From positions 71,052,001 through 71,116,000 of the forward strand of contig OY740787.1 in NCBI GenBank assembly GCA_963514005.1: DNA of 64,000 nucleotides, given 5' to 3'. Source of the DNA: Raja brachyura (taxonomy: Eukaryota). Positions 29,601 through 41,600 of the stretch are shown here, piece by piece. Positions within the stretch are counted from its first letter, which is position 1. Each line of letters begins with the position of its first letter. The position numbers were made by a program, and so were the translations under genes. The notes under the pieces were generated by a model, which ran no database searches, was not told where the DNA came from, and saw only the letters and a program-made list of their open reading frames with translations.

Positions 29601-32600
29601 TAAACTTTGCTGTGCCTGCATCATTCGACAGTTCACATACGTAAATACCAGAATCAGCAGTCTGTGCTTTCTTAATGTTCAAAATGACAACATTATTTTT
29701 AAAGGATAATTCATAATTTCCAGTTTCCAAGATTTCTTGCTCATCTTTGAACCAGGTTACAGATAATGGTTGTGAACCAGAAGCACGAGCTTCAATTTTT
29801 ATAGATTTTCCTTCTGAATCCTGTATTGTTTCAAGAGGTTTTTTAGTAAAGCTTGGTGGAATTTTACGTTCTGTTGGAGAAAAGAGTAGCATCATGAATA
29901 TCACACAATTCCAATGGGCCTGGATCATGCTAACTTTTGTCAGTAGTTTCAATTGGATTTGCCGCCAATGAAATGGCAGTTCAACTATCTGGATGAAGGG
30001 GTGGTAAATTGGATTAGTAAGTATGCAGATGATACCAAGATAGGGGGTGTTGTGGATAATGAAGAGGATTTCCAAAGTCTACAGAGTGATTTAGGCCAGT
30101 TGGAAAAATGGGCTGAAAGATGGTAGATGGAGTTTAATGCTGATAAATGTGAGGTGCTACACCTTGGCAGGACAAATCAAAATAGGACGTACATGGTAAA
30201 CGGTAGGGAATTGAAGAATACAGTTGAACAGAGGGATCTGGGAATAACCGTGCATAGTTCCTTGAAGGTAGAATCTCATATAGATAGGGTGGTAAAGAAA
30301 GCTTGTGGTATGCTAGCCTTTATAAATCAGAGCATTGAGTATAGAAGCTGGGATGTAATGTTAAAATTGTACAAGACGTTGGTGAGACCAAATCTGGAGT
30401 ATGGTGTACAATTTTGGTCGCCCAATTATAGGAAGGATGTCAACAAAATAGAGAGGGTACAGAGGAGATTTACTAGAATGTTGCCTGGGTTTCAACAGCT
30501 AAGTTACAGAGATAGGTTGAATAAGTTAGGTCTTTATTCTCTGGAGCGCAGAAGGTTAAGGGGTGACTTGATAGAGGTCTTTAAAATGATGAGAGGGATA
30601 GACAGAGTTAATGTGGACAAGCTTTTCCCTTTGAGAATAGGGAAGATTCAAACAAGAGGACATGACTTTAGAATTAAGGGACAGAGGTTTAGGGGTAACA
30701 TGAGGGGGAACTTCTTTACTCAGAGAGTGGTAGCGGTGTGGAATGAGCTTCCAGTGGAAGTGGTGGCGGCAGGTTCGTTGGTATCATTTAAAAATAAATT
30801 GGATAGGCATATGGATGAGAAGGGTATGGAGGGTTATGGTATGAGTGCAGGCAGGTGGGACTAAGGGAAAAAAGTTGTTCGGCACGGACTTGAAGGGCCG
30901 AGATGGCCTGTTTCCGTGCTGTAATTGTTATATGGTTATATGGTTAACTACTGTTCCATCCTAATGTCATTTAAGTTGGGGAAATTGCTTCTTGGATTCA
31001 ACAAAAGATCAAGACCAACTGCAGAACTGTATAGATTTAATACAAATTGTTAAATAAATATTTTAGGAGGAAAACAAAAATGTGTTACTTTTTAATTTTG
31101 TATCTGCTTTATTTTGGTGTTTATAATTATTTCTAAATACTTTTGTGTGTTTAGTTAACATCTTTATTTTTGATTAAGTTAAAAATAATTTTGTCATATT
31201 TTTAATTACTTGCATTTAAAAATAGTATCAATGTAATTCATCTCCAGACTTGTAACCTGCCAGGAATTTTCGAGGCAGGGCATTTTTTCTCTGCCACCTG
31301 ATGAAATATTATAGGACTCCAGAATGTAGACGAACAAATTGAAGCCTCTGCAATGAGTGCTAGTAAGACGCAGAAAGACTACTGTCAGTGCCTCATGCAT
31401 AATATGATCCATAGATTATTGATCTCATCAGTAGTATTAATCCTCCATGAGAGAAAAGTATTGTATCAGAAGTTCAGCCGTGTTCTTGGTGAGCATGTTA
31501 TTTGGTTTAGTACTGCCATTATTTTTTCATCCTTAAACATTATAATTGTGCCTCAAGAAAGAATGGTTGAAGAAGATGTATTTTTAAAGTAAAGAATAAT
31601 TAATATTAAGAAAATCTCTACTTTTAATGTTATTTCTCATAAATTAGCTCTTTTAACCCATTGGCAACATAACAAAACTGGTTAAATAACTGGCAAAAAT
31701 AATTTTAAAAAGATGTAAAATGAAATATTTGTTCATAAAGAATAAAACCTGTGCTCATAAGATATACTAGACAGTAAGGTATTATAAGTATTATTGAGCA
31801 ATAACCTTTCACGGTCACTTCAGTTTTGCAGGAATCCTTTCCAACATCATTGCTGGCCTCACAAATGTATTGACCAGCATCTCCCTTGTCTGCTTTCAGA
31901 ATTATCAAATTAGCTGTATTTTCCACATAAGTTATCTTGTAATTGCCACCCGATCGAATCTGTTTGTGATCTTTCGACCAAGTAACTTTAATTGGGGAAG
32001 AGCCAATTAAGTGGCATTCAAGGTCCACAGTTTTCCCAATTGTAACTTCGACTTGTTCTAGCTTTTTGTCAAATAGAGGAGCAACTCGAGACTCTGAAAA
32101 AATAACAAGAATTGTATTCTATTGTAAATGTATAAACAGTAAAATAATAACATACAGCAATAAGTGTGGAAAGCAGATATTGAAGAGTAAATACCAGAAA
32201 ATTAAGGTAACTGCTAATTAAGCAAAGAATCAGAACAAGCATATATTTAACCAAACATAGAGGGGCAACTAGACACTGAAAACATGATAGAAAAGAGTTG
32301 TAAGAGTTATTACAAAAGTATCAATTACAATAAGATCTGTCAATGACAGGTCAAAGCAAATATTAAAGTTAGGATAAAAGTTCATTAATTATAGGTGCCT
32401 TGATAAATATTTAACCCAACATACCTTTGAGAGCTAGTGTCGAACTACATGAAGCTACTCCAACAATGTTGGAAGCTTTGCAAGTGTATTCACCGGCATG
32501 ATTCATCTCAGTTTTAAGAATTTTAAGAGTTGCTTCATTCTCTATGAAAGATGTAATAAAGTTTGTTCCAGGCAGCAATTTTACACCGTCTTTAAACCAA

Positions 32601-35600
32601 GAAGTTTCAATTGGAGCTGAACCAGCTATAGAACACTCAAATGTGACTGGTAAATCAAGAGTTACTTCCATATTCTCAATTTCTCTTAAGAAAGAAGGTG
32701 GAGTTTTATGCTCTGTAAAATAAAAATAGTCATGAAGTAAGTCCATTCAACCATCCTACTTGCTTGCCATACTAATGTTCAGTGATTCATGTACAAAGAT
32801 TTTGAGATCTTCACACCAACGATCGTGTACTATGAAAGCAACAGATAAGAAGCTTGATATCCACTTGTACAATGCAGCTAACCACGATAAGCCAATTTAA
32901 ACATTCATTCCATAGAAATAGTGAAAATAGGTGCAAGAGTAGGCCATTCGGCCCTTCGATCCAGCACCACCATTCAATATATTCAAGGTTGATCATCTAA
33001 AATCAGTACCCCGTCCCTGCTTTTCTACCCATCCCTTGATTCCTTTAGCCCTAAAAGCTAAATCTAACGCTCTCTTGAAAACATCCAGTGAAATGGCCTC
33101 CACTGCCTTTTGTGGCAGATAATTCCACAGATTCAAAACTCTCTGGGTGAACAAGTTTTTCCTCATCTCGATCCTAAATGGCCTACCCTTTATTCTTAAA
33201 CTGTGACCTTTGGCTCCGGACTCCCCCAACATCAGGAACATTTTTTCTACATCTAACCTGTCCAATCCTTTAAGGCTAGATGCAGGAAATATGTTTCTAT
33301 AAGATCCCCTCTCATCGTTCTAAATTCCAAACATCACGGGACTGTGGCTGCAGTGTGTGTAATCGACAAAATACACTGCAATCACTTGGCAAGGCAACTC
33401 TGACAGTATCTGCTAAAGCTATGAACTCTACTCGAAGAAACAACATGACACCAGTGGGCTCCTGACTTGAAAGATATTGCTGTCATAATCACTGAGTTTA
33501 GTTTAGGGAATCCCCAATGGCATTATCAGCTGCCTTTTCTGGAAATCTATGGCATGTTCAAGAAGGTGAATAACCACCACCTTATCAAGGGCCATTAGGG
33601 ATGGACAATAAATATTGCCCAATCCTAAAAAGTGAATTAAAAAATGTTCTACTTATATTCTGTAGTAAATCACTGGTTGAAAAATACTATTTAAATGAAA
33701 TGTTGACAAGAGGTGTTTACAATAGGCAAAGATTTTAAAATTCATTGCACACCAGAATAATGAATAATGGAAAACACACGAAACTGGAGCAGGAATAGGC
33801 AATTCAGCCCCCAGCACCTGCTCCAGCATTCAGCGATGTTTTGAATTAACATAACAATTGAGACTTCACAGTCCTCTGGGCTGGAGAATTCCAAAGGTTC
33901 GCCACAGTAGAGTAATATTTTCTCATCTCAGCTGAAATGGCTTATTTGATGCCCAAACATTATGGTTCCAGACTCCTCAATCAGGGAAAACAGTCTTCAT
34001 TTCAAATTATTTTTTTTAATTCTTGTAACATCACCTTTCATTCTGTTAAATTCTATAGGACATAATCCCATCTCTTTTCATCCGATGAAAGCAGAATCCT
34101 TGGAATCAATTTAGTAATTTTTTCTTTCATTCTCTCTTTGGCAAGTACATCCTTTGTTGAGTAGGGAAACCAAAACTGTAACCAATTCTTCAGGTGTGAT
34201 TTCACCAACTATACAATTGCAATAAGAGTTCCTTCCTCATGTGATGAAATCCTCCCATTGTAAAGGCTAACCCCATCACTTGCTACTTTTGCATGTTGGC
34301 CTTCAGTGGCTTTGCACAAGCACACACAGGTCCTATTGATCATTAATACCATTCAATCTCTCTCAATTTAACAAATACTATGCTTTTCTGCTACGTTTCC
34401 CACAATGGATGACCGCACACCTTTCCACATGATATTCCACTCGCAACATTTATGCCAACTCTTTCAGCTCATACATAGCTTCCCCATATGACATAGTCCA
34501 ATGAGCACAATCTCCCCAAGTTTACTATCATCAACAAATTTGGGAATTCAGTGTTTGGTCCCCTCACCCAAATTGCTGATATAGTTGTAGTGTTATTACT
34601 GGATAGTGCTACTACCTAATTGAAGCCTGTCAACCTGAGAAAGAACTGTTGATTCACATTCCTTGCTTTCTGTCTGATAATTAATTCTCAATCCATATCA
34701 GCATATTACTCTAAAATCCATGTGCTCTGATCTTATTGACCAACTGCCTTAATGAAAGCATAAATCTAATCCACTTGTTTGTCTTTATCTATTCTACTGG
34801 TCACATCCTTAAAAAAGTCCAGTAAATTAGTCAAACATGATTTTCCTTTCATAAATCCTTATTGACTTTTTTCAACCTGATTATCCTTCTCAAGGTGTTC
34901 TGTTATTAAATCTTTCAATGTAGTTTGCAATATTTTTTCTACCACTGATGTTAGGCTAATGGTAGTACCCAGTTTCTCTCTCTCCTTTCTTACATAGTCA
35001 TGTCATATTTGCTACTCGCCAACAGCACTAGGTCCAGAATACAGCTGTGAAAAATGATAGGCTGAACTATCCCTGCTTCTAGGGTTGTTGGAGTAACTCA
35101 GCCGGACAGGCAGTATCTCTGGAGAGAAGGAATGGGTGATGTTTAGGGTCGAGACCCTTCTTCAGAATCCTTGCTTCTAAATCCACTTCATTCAAATCTC
35201 AAAAAAGATGTATATCATCTGTTCCTTTGTATTTATCATCTTTCAAGTTCACTAACTCTTTTAGTACTTTTTCTTGTCCAATACTGTAATACTGTGCCTT
35301 CAGTTCTTTATTTTTGCTGGACACTCAATCCTCTATTACAGGTTGTGTACCTTCTTTTCTGAAGACAGGTGCAAAGTGTCTCTTCCATTTCCTTATTTCC
35401 CAATATAAATTCTGCTCCCTCAGTCTGTAAAAGTCCACATTTTGCCTTTTTTTCTTACCTACCCTTCAATGTCTTTAGAATCCATTTTTATGTTTCTTTA
35501 CAGCCTACTCACAAATCCATGTTATCTTTCTTTATCAATTTATTTACTGAACCCAGCTTTATTAAGTTCTAAAATGCTCACAATTTTCAAGCTTACTGAA

Positions 35601-38600
35601 ATTTCTGTCATGCATATAAGGTTCTTCATTTTATTTGATAATATCCAATTTCTCTTGTGAACCATGGATTAATCACTTTGCCTTTTGGGTTTTGTATCTT
35701 AAAAGGAATATATTTCTAACAATACTTCAACACAAATACCAATAAATGCGACTGAATAAACAAAAGCATTTGTAACCCTTACAATAACTAATCCCTTCAC
35801 TAACCTTGAATCAGAACAGACACATTCAGTTCTGCAGTGCCTGCTTCATTGGATGCTTCACATGTATAGACACCAGAGTCAGCAAGCTGTGCTTTCTTAA
35901 TGTTCAATAGTACTACATTATTTTTAAATAATAATTCGTAATTTTCAGTTTGCAAAATTTCTTGCTCATCTTTGAACCAGGTTATAGATAATGGTTGTGA
36001 ACCTGAAACACGAGCTTCAATATTTATGGATTTTCCTTCTGATTCCTGTATTGTTTGAAGAGGTTTTTTGGTAAAGTTTGGTGGAATTAAATAATCTGCA
36101 ACAGAAAGAAGTAGCATTGTGAATATCATATAGAACTAACCGGCCTAGGGTAAACTGACTTTTACTGATGTTTTCGCTTGAACAATTGGCAGTCAATCAT
36201 TGAAATTATACTTTTCAGTTTCCAGAGTATTAACATGGACTTCTTCTTCGTTCACTGTAATGCCGAACCCAAGAAGCAGAATTTGGCATCATCTTGGGGA
36301 AGATGTTTCTTCGATCATGGGCAAGGTTTAGACTTGCTGCAAGATCTGACACAATGTTCATTTTAACGAGAATTGCAGAGTGAAAGGTTTGTAGCAAAAA
36401 TTGTTGTTTTTAATTTTGTATTTCCTTTGGTTTGTTGTAAGTTCTTTTGAGTGCTTTGATGTGTTTTAGGCAACATTTATATTTTTAAATCATTTTAAGA
36501 TTTATTTTTAAAAATTTAAATAATTCATTATTTACTTCAATTTAATGGTTTTTATTCTACCTTTTAATGTCTGCCAATTAAAAACAAAATAATTGACAAG
36601 CATTACAGTTGGTAAAACCTGTTGCCAGCAGATAGCACGTTTCCAGAAAAGGGCCTCTTTTTTTTGCACAATCGAATACAAATGCTGCTGGACTCCACAG
36701 TGTGGAAAAACATTAGGATAGGATCTTTGTTTTGGACCCTGGTAAAAGCAACAGCAAATTAGGTAGGAACCAGGTTAGATAATCAAATCCTTAGATATTT
36801 TTTATTTCTTCAGTGATATTATTCTTCTATGACTGAAATGTGATCACTCGCCCATTCACTGTATACATTCAAGACTAAGGCGTACAAATTACAAGCAGCT
36901 GTTGCCATGTTATGAACATTTGTCCTTACAGAATTCACTAATCACCACCCAAAGTTTGGCAAAACTAATCACCACCAATATGGCAACAACTCCCACCTCC
37001 CCTCGTAATGTGGGGATAACCTGCAGTGGGCACTTTCAAGACTAGGAAATTGGACAGGAAATTGGATGAGATACAGAAGTTCAGCCTTTTTCTTATTAAC
37101 TGATGGAGCAGACTGTACGCCCTCATCTTGCTTTCATTCTTGGTTCTTAAAAACTAAGCATACACATCAGGAAATAAACATAAACTGATACGTTAACAAA
37201 ATAAAGAATTAATGATATTAAAATATTACTTCTATTTTTTTATATTACTTTTCATAGATTTGTTTTTTAAGCTGTAGCCAGGAAAGCCAAAATAAGAATT
37301 CTACATGCAAAATTAAAACTGACCATGATTTGTTAGCATAATTTTGAGATTGCAAAATAAACATTCTCCTGTGCATAGGCTCATAAGATGTACTTATAAG
37401 AAAATAAAGACTATAACTGTATTGATCAATACCTTTCACAGTCACTTCAGTTTTGCAAGAATCCTTTCCAATATCATTGCTGGCCTCACAAATGTATTGA
37501 CAAGCATCTTCCTTGTCTGCTTTCAGAATAACCAGGTGAGGTGTATTGTCTACAAAAGATATCTTGTAATTGCCACCTGATCGAATCTCTTTGCCATCTT
37601 TCAGCCAAGTAACTTTAATTGGAGGAGAGCCGATTAAATGGCATTCAAGGTCCACACTTTGCCCGGTTGTAACCTCCACTGGCTCTATTTTTTTGTCAAA
37701 TACAGGAGCAACTCTATACTCTGAAAACATTGTAAAAAAAAGTTATATTCTATTCTAAAAGTATCAGTTGCAAAGTAATAAGGTCTAGCATTAAAAGGTC
37801 AAAGCAGATATTAAAGTAAAGCTAAGATAAATGTTAATTAAGCTGCCTCGGTAAGATTTTTAATCCAACATACCTTTGAGAGCTAGTTTCGAACTACATG
37901 AAGCAACTCCAACTATATTGGAAGCTTTGCAAGTATATTCACCAGCATGATTCATATCAGTTTTAAGAATATTAAGAGATGCCACATTCTCTATGAATGA
38001 TATCATTAAGTTTTCTCCTGGGAGCAATTTTATACCATCTTTAAACCAAGAGGTTTTAATTGGAGCAGAACCAGTTGTACAACATTCAAATGTTACTGGT
38101 TGACCAAGAGTTATTTCCATATTCTTAATTTTTCTTACGAAAGAGGGTGCAATTTTGTGTTCTGTAAAATAAACCATTATGTGTGACCATTCTGACTTTC
38201 TGCATCCGTTCACGGTGATTCAAGTATTAGAAACCCAGGTCACTCAGAAAACACACTTTGCAATCTCTCACCATGACAAATCACTTGCGAAGCTTAATAT
38301 TATCTCAGTCAGTTCCTGCCCATCAGTGTGCATAATACACTGCATTTACTTGTCTCGGCATCTCAGACTGACCTTCTGCACTGAATTCATTATTCACAAG
38401 TGAAAGGTTTCAGGGACTTCCCAAGTATAACACAAAATGTGAACATCATTAAGGCACTCTCTTTAATATAACTCTCCAAATAAACATACATTTACCCAAT
38501 AATGTTCTAAAAACATTCACTCGCATCAGTTTGTTTAAATACCAAAAGCCAATGAAATTAGTTACTTCAACTGAATGCGATTATACTTGCAAGATTTGAA

Positions 38601-41600
38601 ATCACATGATGCAACTGTGTGAGCAAGCACTGCATCTTAGCAGAACAGCGCATAGCATGGAGCTACTTGATCAAAGTGGCCTGGATTTATCACTGTATTT
38701 ATCACTATATTTATACATTGATTGGTACCTCTATATATATATATATATATATATCTGCACACTGATATTTGTCCAAAAATACTTAAGATAGGGGACAACA
38801 TTATGATTAGATGGAGAGCAAATCCACTAATAATGAAGGTAGACACAGAAAGCTGGGGTCTCAGCGGGACTGGCAGCATCTCTGGAGAGAAGGAATGGGT
38901 GATGTTTTGGGTCGAGACCCTTCGTCAGACTGATAATGAAGACTGATTGTATAGATTCTCTATTGTAAGTCATTAGTTGAAAGACAAAACAAAATGAATA
39001 TGGGTAAAAATAACTGACAGCAGGCAACTGGAAATTAGATTAATACTCATTGCATGCTCATTATAACTGAATAATATCAAGATTTTGAAAAGAGTGCAAT
39101 TTTTTTACAAACAAACAATGAAAGTTACAGGTATAAGCTTCCCCGACCTTTGTAATCACAAGTAGCCATTACTAACCTTGGATCAGTACAGACACATTAA
39201 AATTTGCAGTGCCTGTTTCATTGGATGCTTCACATGTATAAACACCAGAATCAAAATGCTGTGCATTCTTGATGTTCAATATTACTATATTATTTTTAAA
39301 AGATAGTTCATAATTTTCAGATTGCAAGATCTCTTGCTCATCTTTGAACCAAGTTATAGACAATGGTTGTGAACCAGAAACACGAGCTTCAATTTTTATA
39401 AATTTTCCTTCTGTTTCCTGTATTGTTTCAATAGGTTTTTTAGTAAAGCTTGGTGGAACTTTACGATCTGTAACAGACAGGAGTAGCACTATGAACATCT
39501 TAAACAACCAGTTTGCTGAAGCATGCTCACTTTTGCTAACTGGAACAGTTCCCACAAGGGCCTGTCCCACTTGGGCGTCATTTGCACGTCACGCAGGTGG
39601 CGCACGAGGATTTTGAGAATTCCAAAATCCTGGGACGCCCCGCGCTACTGCGCATCACTGCCTATGCCACCACGTCTCAACACGCGCCATGCACGCATAA
39701 TGCACGCCACGCATCGTGACGCGTAAATGATGTCGCGTAAATGACGCGCAAATGATGCCCAAGTGGGACAGGCCCTTTAGTCTTTGAAATGGAGATGTAT
39801 TGTCAATACCTGTGGACTTATTAATGTGGACTTATAAATAGTTAATTATATCATGGGTTTTCAACACATTTATGGTCGGGAAGTTGGTTCTTAGATCAGG
39901 CACAAAATCTGATTTTGTAAAAGTTCTGACATCCTAACACTTTTAATAGGGATTGTAGAGAAAAATTGAGACAGTAAAGGGGCATGCATTACCATTAAAT
40001 TTGGTTTTGCTTTATTTTGGTGTTTTTAATTGTTTTAAGGTGCTTTTATGTATGTTTAATGACTTTTTTCATCCCTTTTTAAAAAATAATCACCTATTTC
40101 ATTAGGGTTTTTTAAACAGTCTCTGACTATCAGACACATTTAAAATGAAAAAGGTCAATTACAACTATTATAGCCAGTAAAACACCACTCCCAATTTTGC
40201 CAGTTGTCAAGAGTTCCTTCCAGCATCCTTACTGTTCCATAGAATGCTTCCTACTCAATAGGTAGAGAACCATTAAGGTAGGCTCTCTACATTAGACCCT
40301 ATTAAGGGCTGACATAGACAGAGCATAAGCAATGATTCAGGCAGGCTTGCAGATTAACATAATCTGATCTATATATATATTTTAAAATTATTTTGTGATA
40401 TAATTCTTCCACAGGAGAAATGTAATTGCTTGAAAACGGAATATATTCAAGACCAAGGTCAATTGTTTATTGGGTCCATTGAAATTAAGAGTTATGGGAA
40501 AGTGCAAGAAATTGAAGTCAATAGAAAAGTTAAACTTTGTTCTACTTGAATGGTGGAACAGGCTATTTGTTCTCCCAATTGTAAACCTCATATTGTTTTG
40601 GTTGTTGAAAACTAATAATATGCCTCAGGAAATTAATTTTTCAGACTGATGACAGTAAAATACGTATTTAAAGATAAGCATTAAAATAATTCCACTACCT
40701 TTGACTATTTTACAAAGTTTGATTATTTTTTAAACGCCTGCAAAGGAATTCAGGAAAAGCAAAATAAAAATTGCACATGGACAACATAATAAAAATTGAC
40801 CAAGTAACCAGTAAGGTAGACAAAAATGCTGGAGAATCTCAGCGGGTGAGGCAGCATCTATGGAGCTAAGGAATAGCTATTCCTTCGCTCCATAGATGCT
40901 GCCTCACCCGCTGAGTTTCTCCAGCATTTTTGTCTACCCTCGATTTTTCCAGCATCTGCAATCTTTCTTGAAAAAGTAACCAGTAAGAATCAAATTGAAG
41001 ATGTGAAAAAAGCAGTACACTTTGAAATTAGTAAAGTCTGGGCTCTCAGAGTATACTATAAAGAGTTGTTTTTGTTATTGATCAATACCTTTCACAGTCA
41101 CGTCAGCTGTGCATGAATCTTTTCCAATATCATTGCTGGCCTCGCAAATGTATTGACAAGCATCTCCCTTGTCTGCTTTCAGAATAATTAGGTGAGGTGT
41201 ATTTTCTACATAAGATATCTTGTAATTGCCACCTGATCGAATCTCTTTGCCATCCTTCAGCCAAGTAACTTTAACTGGTGGAGAGCCAGTTAAGTGGCAT
41301 TCAAGATCCACACTTTGCCCAGCTGTAAATTCCACTGGTTGTAATCTTTTGTCAAATACAGGGGCAACTCTAGGCTCTAAAGACAAAATAAAAATATAAT
41401 TATATTTTATTGTAAAAGTATAAACAGGAAGGTACTAACACCTAGCAATGTTAGATGAAAGCAGATACTAAAATGTCAATATTATAACATTGAAGAAGTC
41501 AAATTAGTAATTATTTAACCCAATTTACCTTTAAGAATTAATCTGGAATTGCATGAAGCATCTCCTATCATGTTAGATGCTTTGCAACTGTATTCACCAG

